Shown: positions 29,668 to 39,855 of the stretch, piece by piece
Layout of the letters: the number at the start of each line of letters is the position of its first letter
Numbering within the stretch: the first letter of the stretch is position 1
Source of the DNA: Candidatus Krumholzibacteriota bacterium
Lineage (GTDB): Bacteria > Krumholzibacteriota > Krumholzibacteriia > JAJRXK01
Direction of reading: 5' to 3'
DNA length: 64,000 bases
NCBI GenBank assembly: GCA_963764625.1
Contig: CAVXTH010000001.1
Span: 128,001 to 192,000 of the forward strand
Notes under the pieces: model-generated
Databases searched by the model: none
Told to the model about the DNA's origin: nothing
The model's input: only the letters and a program-made list of their open reading frames with translations
Position numbers and translations under genes: made by a program

Positions 29668-29837
29668 GGCCTCGTTCTCCCGGCTAGAAGGACGCCAACA
29701 GTATCTACCCTGAGACGCTTCGCGTCGCGGCTCAAATCGCGTGGGCTCGACGGGGAAGGGGTTTGGGGCTATTTTGGGCACGAATTCCCAGGCGAACGGC
29801 CGCCGGCACTCAGTTCACAACCCCGGATACCTCGACC

Positions 29838-30662
29838 ATGACGAAGCAGGAACGCCGCTACGTGAAAAAAGATGGCGCGCCCCTCATGACCACGACTCTG
29901 TGGGATTATCGCTCGCAGAACTACCCCGGGAGTAAGCAGGGGAATCCGGAGTTTGAGGGAGCCACTCCCAGTTACATCATCTGGAATCTGCTGCAACGCT
30001 ACACGAAGCCCAAGTGGCTGGTGGTGGATCCGATGGCGGGAAGCGGCACCACCCTGGACGTAGCCCGCGATCTCTCCCGTCGCGCCCTGGGCTACGACCT
30101 GGAGCCCGTGCGCAAGGACATCTTTCGCGCCGACGCCCGGCACCTACCGCTCGAATCGGGGAAGGCGGATTTCGTCTTTCTCGACCCTCCCTATTCCACG
30201 CACCTCACATACTCCGAGAAGGACGAGTGCCTGGGCGAGCTCGACGCGCGCACGGGACCCGAGTACTACGCGGCCATGGAGAGCGTGGTCGCGGAGATGC
30301 ACCGGATACTGCGGCGCGATCGCTACATGGCTCTCTACGTGAGTGATTCCGCGCGCAAGAAAAAGAGCTTCGTTCCTCTGGGCTTCGAGATCTTCGCTCG
30401 CCTCCGGCGTCATTTCACCCCGGTGGATATCGTGGCGGTGGTTCGCCACAATCGCACTCTCAAACGAAATCACTGGCACGAGAGCGCGGCGGAAGGCGGA
30501 TTCTACCTGCGGGGCTTCAACTACCTCTTCATCATGAAGAAGGAACTTAGCGCCGCGAAGCCGGCAAGAGACACACAAAGCGGCGCGCCCAAGCGCAAAC
30601 GCAAGACCACCTCCAAACGCAAGACCACCTCCAAGAGACCCCGCCCCAAGTCGCGACCCTGA
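29838..30662 (+). CDS. Solitary SAM-dependent amino (N4-C/N6-A-type) methyltransferase
   Basis: Motif I VVDPMAGSGTT and motif IV FLDPPY; basic K/R-rich tail. Confidence 0.78.
   Translation: MTKQERRYVKKDGAPLMTTTLWDYRSQNYPGSKQGNPEFEGATPSYIIWNLLQRYTKPKWLVVDPMAGSGTTLDVARDLSRRALGYDLEPVRKDIFRADARHLPLESGKADFVFLDPPYSTHLTYSEKDECLGELDARTGPEYYAAMESVVAEMHRILRRDRYMALYVSDSARKKKSFVPLGFEIFARLRRHFTPVDIVAVVRHNRTLKRNHWHESAAEGGFYLRGFNYLFIMKKELSAAKPARDTQSGAPKRKRKTTSKRKTTSKRPRPKSRP
30597..30632 (+). repeat. 18-bp tandem repeat x2 (AAACGCAAGACCACCTCC) encoding KRKTTS
   Basis: Two exact adjacent copies, 30597..30614 and 30615..30632. Confidence 0.9.
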
Positions 30663-30687
30663 ACCCCTCACCTCACGGAGCTTTGCC

Positions 30688-31260
30688 TTGAGTCTATCAC
30701 CATGGCCCATTCATCAGGACGACACTCTGGCCGATATGGGGATCTTCCAGCTTCATTCGGTGCGAGCGGAGAACCCGCGCACCGGCGAGACGCGAAAGCT
30801 GGCCCTCGTCACCACTCGTGACTGGGTGAACGTCATCCCTCTGACGGAGGACCACGAAGTAGTGTTGGTGCGACAGTGGCGTCACGGCACCCGCTCGATG
30901 ACGCTGGAAATCCCGGGTGGACTGGTCGACCCCGGCGAAGAACCGCGGAACGCCGCGGCACGGGAGGTTCGCGAGGAAACCGGCTACGCGGGACAAAAGC
31001 CCACTGAGTTGGGGGTGGTGCAGCCGAACCCCGCGTTCCTGGACAATCTCTGCCACACCTATCTCATCGAAGGTTGCCGGGAAGTGGGTGAGCTTCAGTT
31101 GGACGAGGGAGAGGACATCGAGGTGATCCGCATTCCTCTGGCCGAGATTCCCGGGCTCATCGCCGACGGCAACATTCAGCACGCCCTGGTGATCTGCGGC
31201 TTCTACTGGCTGGCGCGGAAGCGTCCGGAGCTCTTCGACGGCAACGGCGAACTCAGCTGA
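30688..31260 (+). CDS. NUDIX hydrolase (ADP-ribose pyrophosphatase-like)
   Basis: LVRQWRHG, LEIPGGLVDPGE....AAAREVREETGY Nudix box, PNPA, LDEGEDIEV. Confidence 0.92.
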   Translation: MSLSPWPIHQDDTLADMGIFQLHSVRAENPRTGETRKLALVTTRDWVNVIPLTEDHEVVLVRQWRHGTRSMTLEIPGGLVDPGEEPRNAAAREVREETGYAGQKPTELGVVQPNPAFLDNLCHTYLIEGCREVGELQLDEGEDIEVIRIPLAEIPGLIADGNIQHALVICGFYWLARKRPELFDGNGELS

Positions 31261-31708
31261 GGCGCGAAGCAAAGAGGTAGAGGAGCAATAGCGCGAAAAG
31301 CAATGCGATTCCGCCCAGAATGAGAATGGCCGGTTGGATGGGACGCCGCTCGTCACCGGAGGCACGGGCCACGATCAGCGCCGCTATCACCACCACCACC
31401 GAGATGATCACCACCGCGAGCGGGAGCATCTGCTGCGCGCGGGGAATTGCTCCGCTCTGCAGTCCGAACACCGCCAGCCCCACAAGGAGCATGGCGACAA
31501 CCATGAGCGCCATGGCGACGCCCCCCCAGTTCCCGCGGGTACGAGGCTGGGCCGAGATGCTGGCGAGACGGAGAGCCGCGAAGACCTCGCGCTCGCTCGC
31601 ATCCGGATGCTGTTGGCGAAAGTCCCGGATCGCCGTGATCAGCTTCTGGGCGAGTTCGCGGGCGCGTGGTGAAGCGGGAGGGGTCACCGAGGACGGAATG
31701 AAGGTCAT
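31253..31708 (-). CDS. Hypothetical membrane protein (soluble N-terminal helix pair plus 3 TM segments)
   Basis: 151 aa; RBS AAGGAGG upstream; three hydrophobic stretches. Confidence 0.7.
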   Translation of the reverse strand: MTFIPSSVTPPASPRARELAQKLITAIRDFRQQHPDASEREVFAALRLASISAQPRTRGNWGGVAMALMVVAMLLVGLAVFGLQSGAIPRAQQMLPLAVVIISVVVVIAALIVARASGDERRPIQPAILILGGIALLFALLLLYLFASRLS

Positions 31709-31809
31709 GACCGAAGCCTCCTTGGGCCAGAGTCCATGGTCTCGACTCTACACCAGGACCATGAGCCGGCAAGAGGCCGATTTCCGCGTTTCGCAAGAAG
31801 CCCGCGCGG

Positions 31810-33345
31810 CTAGGGAGCTTTGACCGCCCCCAGATCCCAGGCCGATCCCACACGCCCCTGCTGAAGGATGTCCCAACTCTGGTCGGTCACGCCGGGATCC
31901 CAGTTGGGATGCTGCGGGTAGGACAGAGCCGAGATTCCCGCGCCGATCGCGGGGGAGCCATCCGCAAGCGCGAACTTTCGCGCAATGTCCAGGACGCGGT
32001 CGGTGCGCAGAACCGAGGTAGAGGGCACGGCCGGCGCGCTCAGCGCCGCGTTGACCCCCTCAATTCCATGAGCTTCGCTCGAGAGGTCCAGGTCACTCTC
32101 CGCCACGTTTCCGTCGAGCAGGTTGTAGTCGTGGGTGACGCCGCCAGCTCCCCCCTCGCGCACCCAGACGAGACGGCCGTTCCCGGAAGCCGAAGGCTGA
32201 TTCGACTGGAAGATGTTGTTGAAGATCCAGGCGCTTCCCACCGGCACGCGGTTGCCGCGCACCTCGACCACTGAGCGCAGCTGCGAACCGCTGTTACCCC
32301 AGAAAGTGTTGTTGTAGACCCACACGTCGTCGCTGTTCATGATCGCCAGCGCGGCATCGCCCTTGAGTCCGACGAAGATGTTGTTGCGCACAATGGCGCC
32401 GCGCACGACGTGCTGGGAGGGATCGGGAATGCCCGGCTCTTCGGTCCCGATGCCCACCGCGGCGTTGGCGCAACCCCCGCCGTCCGAAGGACCGAAGACG
32501 TTGTTCTCGTAGAGAACGTTCTCGCAATTGATCTTCGAATACAGGAGCCAGTCACCGCCGCGGTCGGCGGTGTGGAAGAGCCAGCAGCCACGGATCACCA
32601 CGTTGCGAATCTCGGCCGCGTTGGTTCCGTTGAGTCCTCGCCCGAAGATGTCGATGTTCTCCTGATACCAATGCCCGGTCCCGCAGGGATCGAGCGAGGG
32701 ATCGCGCTGGCCGGGATTGAAGGCCACGACATTCTGGATCAGAAGGCCATCGACCACACCCGAGACTTTGATGACGTCACAGTCGTTCGGAGCGTCGTAG
32801 ATCACGCAATTGCGAATCTCACTGCCGCTCGAGTCGAGCACCCGCACGAGTCCGTCTCCTTGAGGACCCTGATTCCAAGCCCCGTGAATCTCGAAACCGT
32901 CGATGGCGGCTCCTTGCACCTCGGTGAAGCGCACCGCGCTCCGGTCGCCCGAGTAGATCGAGGCGGCCAGGGGCCCGTCCGCGGAGATGACCTGCACCCC
33001 CGACTTCATGTAGACGAAGCTCTCGTTGTACTCGCCGGCCTTGACCATGACCGCCATGCCCGCCGCGCTTTGATTCACGCCCTGCTGGATCGTGTGACAG
33101 GGATGATCGGGGTCGCCGCAGTCGGAGGTGTCGCTGCCATCGGGAGCGACGTAGATCGCCGGTCCGCTCCAGTCACTGCCGCCACTCCCCGATCCGCCAC
33201 CCCCAGGGTTGGGGTCTACGGTCGGGATATCGTAATCGGGGGAAGTCGCAGTTGGCGTCTCCTGATTGCCACAGGCAATCAGCGCCGAAATCGAAAGCGC
33301 AAAGAGAACTGTGATCATGAGGTACGAAAAGGTACGAGAGAACAC
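31810..33345 (-). CDS. Lipoprotein with right-handed parallel beta-helix (DUF1565/pectin-lyase-like fold)
   Basis: Lipobox LIAC, Gly/Ser linker, IYVAPDGSD..CG...PCHTIQQGV, repeated I.NN.F/VYNNTF rungs, C-terminal SPAIGAG...WDLGA. Confidence 0.8.
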   Translation of the reverse strand: MFSRTFSYLMITVLFALSISALIACGNQETPTATSPDYDIPTVDPNPGGGGSGSGGSDWSGPAIYVAPDGSDTSDCGDPDHPCHTIQQGVNQSAAGMAVMVKAGEYNESFVYMKSGVQVISADGPLAASIYSGDRSAVRFTEVQGAAIDGFEIHGAWNQGPQGDGLVRVLDSSGSEIRNCVIYDAPNDCDVIKVSGVVDGLLIQNVVAFNPGQRDPSLDPCGTGHWYQENIDIFGRGLNGTNAAEIRNVVIRGCWLFHTADRGGDWLLYSKINCENVLYENNVFGPSDGGGCANAAVGIGTEEPGIPDPSQHVVRGAIVRNNIFVGLKGDAALAIMNSDDVWVYNNTFWGNSGSQLRSVVEVRGNRVPVGSAWIFNNIFQSNQPSASGNGRLVWVREGGAGGVTHDYNLLDGNVAESDLDLSSEAHGIEGVNAALSAPAVPSTSVLRTDRVLDIARKFALADGSPAIGAGISALSYPQHPNWDPGVTDQSWDILQQGRVGSAWDLGAVKAP

Positions 33346-33402
33346 GATGCACCGTCACGGGGAGGAAGATAAGCTGTGATCGATCCGAGGGACAAGAGGG
33401 AC

Positions 33403-33418
33403 AGCATCAAAAGTGCCA
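33403..33418 (-). promoter_or_regulatory. Putative sigma54 promoter of the beta-helix lipoprotein gene
   Basis: Minus strand TGGCACTTTTGATGCT (consensus TGGCACG-N4-TTGCW) in the nuoN-lipoprotein gap, 58 nt before the start. Confidence 0.65.
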
Positions 33419-33436
33419 CCCCTCCCATCACCCGAA

Positions 33437-34927
33437 TCAGCTTCCCAGGAGCCAATGCATGGAGGCATCCGCGAAGGCCTTGACCGGGACCCAGTAGAGG
33501 CCCAGCACAAGGGTCGGGACGGCGAGAACCACCAAGAGCGCCATGTGAACGGGAGAGAGGCCGAGGCCCCCCTCGCTCTCGGAATGCTCGAAGAACATCG
33601 CTTTCACGATGCGCATGTAATAGTAGAGACTGATCACGCTGTTGATCACGGCGATGAGAGCCAGCCAGCCCATCTGTCCGTCGATCGCGGCCGCGAATAG
33701 ATAGAATTTCGCGATGAATCCGAAAGTGGGAGGAATCCCCGCGAGCGACAACAGGAAGACCACCATGATCACCGCCAGCAGGGGCTCGCGGAAACCGATG
33801 CCGCGGTACTCGTCGATCTCCTCGCTCCCCAGCCGGTTGTTGAGCGCGATCACCACCAGGAAGGCTCCCAGGTTCATGATTGCGTAGGCGATGAGATAGA
33901 AAAGGATGGCCGAGAGTCCGGCCTCGCTCAGAAGCACGAAGCCGATGAGCAGGTATCCCACGTGGGCGATGGAGGAGTAGGCCAACAGCCGCTTCACGTT
34001 GTTCTGGCGGATCGCGGCGAGATTTCCCCAAGTCATGGTGATCACGCTCAAGAACGCCAGGAGCCACGGCCACTGAATGCTCTGCAGGGCCGCCATTGCC
34101 CCTCCGCTGCCCGTCTGCACCAGTGAGGTGTAGAAGAAGCGGATGAGCAACGCGAAACCGGCCGCCTTGGGGCCGGCCGCGAAGACCGCGGCGATGGGGG
34201 CGGGAGCCCCCTCGTAAACGTCGGGAACCCAGAAGTGAAAGGGCACCGCGGCGATCTTGTAGCCAATTCCCGCCAGGATCAGCACACAGGCGGTAAGGAC
34301 GGCCAGTTCGTTGCCGCCCAGCACGAGCTTCTCGCGCAGGCCCACGAAGGACATCTCACCGGTGAGGCCGAAGAGGATCGAAGCGCCGTAGAGCATCAAC
34401 CCGCTGCTGACCGCGCCCCACAGCACGTACTTTAGAGAGGCTTCCGAAGAGCGGAGGCTGTGCCGGGCATACCCCGCCAGAATGTAGCTGGTGATGGAGA
34501 CCAGCTCGATCGACAACACGAGCATGATGAGACCATTGGCCTCAGCCATGACCATCATCCCGAAGCAAAGCACCGCCAGGTAGGCGTAGTACTCGCCCTT
34601 ATTTTCGCGATCGGCGCCCATGATTTCGCGGCTGCTGAAGGAAAACACGGCCACGATGAGAGTGATCACGAGGAAGAGGACGCGGAAGAACTGGGCGAAG
34701 GGATCGACCACGACCATGGTCCCCAGAATGCCGTGTGCGGTCTGCGGCGGATTCGCGACCGCCACTGCGAGCGCGACGACCGTGCCCAGGATGAGTACGC
34801 TCAGAGTCACCGCGTGCCGCCGGCCTTGAGTGATGAGATCGGCCAACACACAGGCCACGAAGGTCACGACCATGATCGTCTCGGGCCAAAAAAATGCCGC
34901 GTCAGACCAATTGAAACTCACCGTCAT
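33437..34927 (-). CDS. nuoN: NADH-quinone oxidoreductase subunit N
   Basis: EASLKY, GYKIAAVPFHFWVPDVYEGAP, KRLLAYSSIAHVGY, SLAGIPPT.GF.AK; last gene of the operon. Confidence 0.95.
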   Translation of the reverse strand: MTVSFNWSDAAFFWPETIMVVTFVACVLADLITQGRRHAVTLSVLILGTVVALAVAVANPPQTAHGILGTMVVVDPFAQFFRVLFLVITLIVAVFSFSSREIMGADRENKGEYYAYLAVLCFGMMVMAEANGLIMLVLSIELVSITSYILAGYARHSLRSSEASLKYVLWGAVSSGLMLYGASILFGLTGEMSFVGLREKLVLGGNELAVLTACVLILAGIGYKIAAVPFHFWVPDVYEGAPAPIAAVFAAGPKAAGFALLIRFFYTSLVQTGSGGAMAALQSIQWPWLLAFLSVITMTWGNLAAIRQNNVKRLLAYSSIAHVGYLLIGFVLLSEAGLSAILFYLIAYAIMNLGAFLVVIALNNRLGSEEIDEYRGIGFREPLLAVIMVVFLLSLAGIPPTFGFIAKFYLFAAAIDGQMGWLALIAVINSVISLYYYMRIVKAMFFEHSESEGGLGLSPVHMALLVVLAVPTLVLGLYWVPVKAFADASMHWLLGS

Positions 34928-34930
34928 CTC

Positions 34931-36442
34931 CTAGCCGGGGATCATCCCGATGAGGGTGATGAGCGAGGTCTTGACCATGTTGATGAAGGGCGCCGGATAG
35001 ACCCCGATGAAGATCACGATGGCGGCCAGTGGGATCACCGTCGCCAGCTCACGGGCGTTGATGTCCGGAATATTCGCGTACTTCTGGTTGAGGGGACCCA
35101 GGAACACTCGCTGCAACATCCACAGCACGTAGGTCGCGCCGATGATGATTCCGACGGCGCTCACCATCGTCACCACCCGGTACACGGGGAACGCGCCCAA
35201 AAACACGAGGGCCTCGCCCACGAATCCGCTGAGCCCGGGCAGACCCAAGGCCGCGAACAGTGCCAGACTGAACACCGTGGTGTAGCGCGGCATCACCGAT
35301 CCGAGTCCGCCGAAGCCGTTGATCTCGCGGTGATGGGCGCGATCGTAGATGACGCCCACCAAAAGGAAGAGCATGGCGGTGATGGTGCCGTGGTTGAACA
35401 TCTGCAGCATCGCCCCGGTGATGCCAGCTTCGTTGAACACCGCCATCCCCAAAAGCACGTACCCCATGTGACTCACCGAGGAGTAGGCCACCAGCTTCTT
35501 CATGTCTTTCTGCGCCAGAGCGCAGAAGGCGCCGTAGATGATGTTGATCGCCCCCAGAATGGCCAGAGGCCAGGCAAACCAGCGCGTCGCGTCGGGCAGA
35601 ACGGGAAAGCAGATCCGGAGCATGCCGTAGGTGCCCATCTTCAGAAGTACCCCGGCAAGGATCACGCTGACCGCGGTGGGCGCCTCGACGTGCGCGTCGG
35701 GCAACCATGTATGGAAGGGGAAGATCGGCACCTTCACCGCGAATCCGATGAACAGGAACATGAAGATCAAATGGCGCACGTTGGTGTTCAAGAGCCACGC
35801 CCCGTGGTTCACCTGATTCATCATGTAGAGCATGTTGAAGGTGTGCTGGCCGGTGTTTGGATCGCGTACGTTCAGATAGAGCGCGATCATCGCCAGCAGC
35901 ATCAGCACCGAGCCGGCCAGTGTGTACAAGAAGAACTTGATCGCAGCGTACTCGCGCCGGGGTCCGCCCCAAATGCCGATGAGGAAGTACATCGGCAGAA
36001 GCATCACTTCCCAGAACACGTAGAAGAGGAAGAAATCGAGCGAGACGAACACGCCCAGCATGCCGGTTTCCAGCATGAGGAAGAGGGCGAAATAACCTTT
36101 CGTCGCTTTCTCGATCCGCCAGCTCGCTCCGATGCAAATGAAGGAGAGCAGGGCGGTGAGGAGGACCATCGCTATCGAGATTCCGTCCACTCCCACGAAA
36201 TACTCGATGTTGAAGCCGGGGATCCAGGGGGTCCTCTGCCAGAACTGCATCGCTGCGGTTCCGCGGTCGAAGCTGAACAGGAGTTGGATTGCGAGAATGA
36301 GCGGGATGGCTGCGGTCACCAAAGCCGTCCATCGATGCGCCGTCTTGTTGTTCGACGGCAACATCACCAGGATGGCCGCACCCAGAAGTGGCACGAAGGT
36401 CATCCAGGTCAACAGCGCGCTGGGGTTCGCGAGTTCTGTCAT
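34931..36442 (-). CDS. nuoM: NADH-quinone oxidoreductase subunit M
   Basis: GVDGIS, FYVFWEVMLLPMYFLIGIWGG, KFFLYT, PFHTWLPDAHVEAPT, LLKMGTYG. Confidence 0.96.
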   Translation of the reverse strand: MTELANPSALLTWMTFVPLLGAAILVMLPSNNKTAHRWTALVTAAIPLILAIQLLFSFDRGTAAMQFWQRTPWIPGFNIEYFVGVDGISIAMVLLTALLSFICIGASWRIEKATKGYFALFLMLETGMLGVFVSLDFFLFYVFWEVMLLPMYFLIGIWGGPRREYAAIKFFLYTLAGSVLMLLAMIALYLNVRDPNTGQHTFNMLYMMNQVNHGAWLLNTNVRHLIFMFLFIGFAVKVPIFPFHTWLPDAHVEAPTAVSVILAGVLLKMGTYGMLRICFPVLPDATRWFAWPLAILGAINIIYGAFCALAQKDMKKLVAYSSVSHMGYVLLGMAVFNEAGITGAMLQMFNHGTITAMLFLLVGVIYDRAHHREINGFGGLGSVMPRYTTVFSLALFAALGLPGLSGFVGEALVFLGAFPVYRVVTMVSAVGIIIGATYVLWMLQRVFLGPLNQKYANIPDINARELATVIPLAAIVIFIGVYPAPFINMVKTSLITLIGMIPG

Positions 36443-36500
36443 CGGTCGAGCGCTCCTTCATGGGTGGACGGCACAGCCGTCCGGTTCAGCCGTGCCCCCG

Positions 36501-38492
36501 TTACGAGGGCCACGCCACTCGATAGACGAGAATGAGGATTACGATGCCCGAGATCAGGCCAAGCAAATAGGTTTGAATCCGTCCGGTCTGCAGAGACCGT
36601 AGGGCGCTGCCGAAGCCGCGCAGCAACTCGCCGGTTCCGTTCACCAGGCCGTCGACGACTGCGTTGTCGAACGCGCCGATGAGCCATCCAATCCCCCGCG
36701 TCAGATAGCCCACTCCGTTCACCAGGCCGTCGACGAACAACTTGTCGAAACCGGCGATGACCGAGGCCTTGGCGAGGGTTCCGCGCACTACCGTGTCGCG
36801 GTAGAATTCGTCGAACCAGTACTTGTTGATCAACAGACGATACGCTTCCGGGAAGGCCCGCTGCGCTCTCGCGCTGTTGATCACTTTCACCTTGTAGGTC
36901 AACCACGAGAAGAGGATTCCCAGGCCCGCCACCAAGAGCGACGACCACATGGCGTAGATGTGCGCGCTGTGGTGCACTCCGTGCTCGCCCGCCTCTTGCG
37001 CGCCGGGGTTCATCACGAAGCGATGGAACCAGCCGGATCCCTGCGCGGTGAGCCCACCCGCGATCACGGCGAAAGTCGCGAGCACGATCAAAGGAATCGT
37101 CATGCTCAGGCCCACTTCGTGGGCCTGCTGGTATTTCTCCTCGTTACGCGGCTTGCCGGTGAAGGTCATGAAGACGATCCGGAACATGTAGAACGAGGTG
37201 AAGCCCGCGGCGAGGAGCGACATCGCGAACGGAAGCCAGTGGATGGGATGCTCCATGCCGAAGGCCAGCGCCGCGGCCAGGATGGCATCTTTGGAATAGA
37301 AGCCCGAGAACGGAGGCACCCCGGAAATGGCCAGCGTAGCCAGCAAGAAAGTGATGAAGGTGATGGGGAGCTTGTGCCGCAGGCCTCCCATTTCGCGCAT
37401 GTCCTGCTCGTGGTGCATGGCGTGAATGACCGCCCCGCTTCCCAGGAACAAGAGGGCCTTGAAAAAGGCGTGGGTCGTCAGGTGGAACATCCCGGCGAAG
37501 ACACCCCCCACCCCCACCGCCATGACCATGTAGCCGAGTTGGCTGATGGTGGAATAGGCCAGCCCCCGCTTGATGTCGGTCTGCACCACCGCCACCGTCG
37601 CGGCGCCCAGGGCGGTGATCGCCCCCACGTACATGATGAAGAGGAGGGCCCCCGGGGTGAACAGGGGAAAGAGCCTGGCGATCATGTACACGCCGGCCGC
37701 GACCATGGTCGCGGCGTGGATGAGGGCGGATACCGGCGTGGGACCCTCCATGGCGTCGGGTAGCCAGATGTGCAGCGGAACCTGCGCGCTCTTGCCGATG
37801 CAGCCCATGAACAGCAGCACTCCCGCCGCGGTCAGAAGGCCGCCCGAGAGCACTCCGGCGTGCACGCTCTGAAAGATGTGGGTGTAGCCGAAACTGCCGG
37901 TGGTGGTGAAAAAGATCAAAATGCCCAGCCAGAAGCCGTAGTCCCCCACGCGATTGACCAGAAACGCCTTCTTTCCCGCATCGGCCGCCGAGGTTTTCGT
38001 GAAGAAGAACCCGATGAGCAGGTAGCTGGCCAGACCCACGAGCTCCCAGAAGATGTACAGGAAGAACACGTTGTTGCTGAGGACGATCCCCAGCATCGCG
38101 AAGGTGAACCACCCCAAAAATGCGAAGTAGCGCGAATAGCGCGAGTCGCCCTTCATGTACCCGACTGAAAAGACGTGTACCCAGAACGAGACGGTGGTGA
38201 CGACCACCAGCATGATCGCGGTCATCCCGTCGACCAGGATTCCCGCATCCACGTGGAAACGCGCGATCGTGAACCAGGTCCAGCTCTTCTCGATGATCTT
38301 CGTGGGTTCGTCGAGCGCCCAGAAATAGAAAAAGATTCGCAGGGAGAGAATCCAGGCGACGGCCAGCGCGCCAACTCCGATGAAGTCACCGCGGCGGGGC
38401 AGCTTCTCCCCGAAAAAGAAGGTGACCGCGTAACTGAACAGAGGGAGTCCCAGAATGACGAGCGCCAGGGTAATGATGGTTTGTTGCTCCAC
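36501..38492 (-). CDS. nuoL: NADH-quinone oxidoreductase subunit L
   Basis: WELVGLASYLLIGF, KKAFLVNRVGD, GKSAQVPLHIWLPDAMEGPTPVSALIHAATMV, HAFFKALLFL, QTGRIQTY. Confidence 0.96.
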   Translation of the reverse strand: MEQQTIITLALVILGLPLFSYAVTFFFGEKLPRRGDFIGVGALAVAWILSLRIFFYFWALDEPTKIIEKSWTWFTIARFHVDAGILVDGMTAIMLVVVTTVSFWVHVFSVGYMKGDSRYSRYFAFLGWFTFAMLGIVLSNNVFFLYIFWELVGLASYLLIGFFFTKTSAADAGKKAFLVNRVGDYGFWLGILIFFTTTGSFGYTHIFQSVHAGVLSGGLLTAAGVLLFMGCIGKSAQVPLHIWLPDAMEGPTPVSALIHAATMVAAGVYMIARLFPLFTPGALLFIMYVGAITALGAATVAVVQTDIKRGLAYSTISQLGYMVMAVGVGGVFAGMFHLTTHAFFKALLFLGSGAVIHAMHHEQDMREMGGLRHKLPITFITFLLATLAISGVPPFSGFYSKDAILAAALAFGMEHPIHWLPFAMSLLAAGFTSFYMFRIVFMTFTGKPRNEEKYQQAHEVGLSMTIPLIVLATFAVIAGGLTAQGSGWFHRFVMNPGAQEAGEHGVHHSAHIYAMWSSLLVAGLGILFSWLTYKVKVINSARAQRAFPEAYRLLINKYWFDEFYRDTVVRGTLAKASVIAGFDKLFVDGLVNGVGYLTRGIGWLIGAFDNAVVDGLVNGTGELLRGFGSALRSLQTGRIQTYLLGLISGIVILILVYRVAWPS

Positions 38493-38503
38493 GGCCGCTG
38501 CCC

Positions 38504-38815
38504 CTAATGCCTGAGACGGTCCACTTGCTCCACGTGGACGGTCTGAAAGTTACGAAAGATGGCCAGGACGATGGCCAAGGCAACCGCCGCTTCCGCCGCG
38601 GCCAGAACGATGATGAAGATGGTCATGAACTGACCACTCAGCTCCGCCGAGCTGTAACGCGAAAACGCCACGAAATTCAGCGCAGCCGAGTTCAAAATGA
38701 ACTCGACCCCCATGAGCATGACGATGGCATTCCGCCGACTCATCACAATGAACAAGCCGAGCGCGAAGAGGATTGCACCCAGAGTCAGATAGTGGGTCAG
38801 GCCCACGTGCATCAC
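38504..38815 (-). CDS. nuoK: NADH-quinone oxidoreductase subunit K
   Basis: RRNAIVMLMGVEFILN, AAAEAAVALAI. Confidence 0.95.
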   Translation of the reverse strand: MMHVGLTHYLTLGAILFALGLFIVMSRRNAIVMLMGVEFILNSAALNFVAFSRYSSAELSGQFMTIFIIVLAAAEAAVALAIVLAIFRNFQTVHVEQVDRLRH

Positions 38816-39327
38816 TTCGAGTCCTCCTTGTCGGTGCCTCGCTCGCGGATGATCATCGCCGCCCCCATCATCGCCACCAGCAAGAGGATGCTGGTGAATT
38901 CGAAGGGAAAGAGGTAGCGGGTCATGATGCCGTGGCCGATGAGAGCGGTCGTCGGTTGCGATTCGCTGAGCGCAGCCAGAGGCCAGACCGTCCGGTAGAT
39001 GGTCAGGAGCATGAGAACCAGCACCACGATCGCCACCGCCAGCGCAGGGGCGGGCTGAACCAACTCGTCGGTCAAGCTGGTGCTCATGATGCGGTTGGTC
39101 ATCATGACCGCGAACAACACGAGGACGAGGATCCCGCCCACGTAGACGACGATTTGGGTGATGGCCAGGAAGTCCGCGCCCAGAAAGACGTACATGGCGG
39201 AGACGCCCAAGAGCGAAAAGAGCAGCGCCATCCCGCTATGCACGACCGAGCGACTGAACGCAACCACCAGGCCGGCGCCGACGGTAACCGCGGCGAAGAG
39301 GTACCAAATGAGATCTCCGGTCGTCAC
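38812..39327 (-). CDS. nuoJ: NADH-quinone oxidoreductase subunit J
   Basis: ADFLAITQIVVYVGGILVLVLFAVMM, YLFPFEFTSILLLVAMMGA. Confidence 0.95.
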   Translation of the reverse strand: MTTGDLIWYLFAAVTVGAGLVVAFSRSVVHSGMALLFSLLGVSAMYVFLGADFLAITQIVVYVGGILVLVLFAVMMTNRIMSTSLTDELVQPAPALAVAIVVLVLMLLTIYRTVWPLAALSESQPTTALIGHGIMTRYLFPFEFTSILLLVAMMGAAMIIRERGTDKEDSK

Positions 39328-39827
39328 TTTGTCCCCTCTTCGGCTGGGGTCTCGGACGAAGTCGCGGAGGCCGAGGCGGCGCCTTCGTCTTCCTGGGGTT
39401 TCTTGGGGATCTTGTAGGGAAACACCGGCTCGTCGACGTACTCGTAGACCAGCCGGCTGCGCTTGTAGAGCGAATGATCATAGTCGTGACTCATGGTGAT
39501 GCAATTGGTCGGGCACGGCTCGGTGCAGAGCGAACACCAGATGCACTTGTTGTAGTCGATCGCGAAGCGGGACATCTTCCGCTCCTTGCCCTTGCCTTCC
39601 ATCTCGATGTAGATGCAGTCGACCGGACAGGCTTTGGCGCAGAGCTGGCACGCGGTGCAGCGCGGCACGTCGTTGTGGACGAAGCCCCGGAAGCGCTCGG
39701 GCAGAGACCAGCGCTCGTCGGGAAACTGCTGGGTCACCGGCTTCTTGAAGAAATATTTGATGGTGATCCGCATGCCCTTGGCAATCGAGCTCAGGCTTCG
39801 CTGGATATCACCGGCTAATTTCACCAC
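39324..39827 (-). CDS. nuoI: NADH-quinone oxidoreductase subunit I (2x[4Fe-4S])
   Basis: TQQFP, RFRG, CTACQLCAKACP and CIWCSLCTEPCP. Confidence 0.95.
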   Translation of the reverse strand: MVKLAGDIQRSLSSIAKGMRITIKYFFKKPVTQQFPDERWSLPERFRGFVHNDVPRCTACQLCAKACPVDCIYIEMEGKGKERKMSRFAIDYNKCIWCSLCTEPCPTNCITMSHDYDHSLYKRSRLVYEYVDEPVFPYKIPKKPQEDEGAASASATSSETPAEEGTK

Positions 39828-39855
39828 GTCGTCCTCGCTTTGAGCCGCGCTCCGG

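Noticed and set aside
36443-36500. Hairpin GGACGGC-ACA-GCCGTCC between nuoL and nuoM as a terminator or repeat element
   Set aside because: No U-tract and no second copy in the window; at most an mRNA-stability stem.
34460-36535. 691-aa plus-strand ORF, and similar long ORFs at 25179..26909, 13221..14654, 20862..22202 and 41053..42228
   Set aside because: They are antisense shadows of well-supported genes (nuoN/M, AP-TPR, pgm, AGCS, nuoD); high GC3 suppresses stops on the opposite strand, and they carry no motifs.
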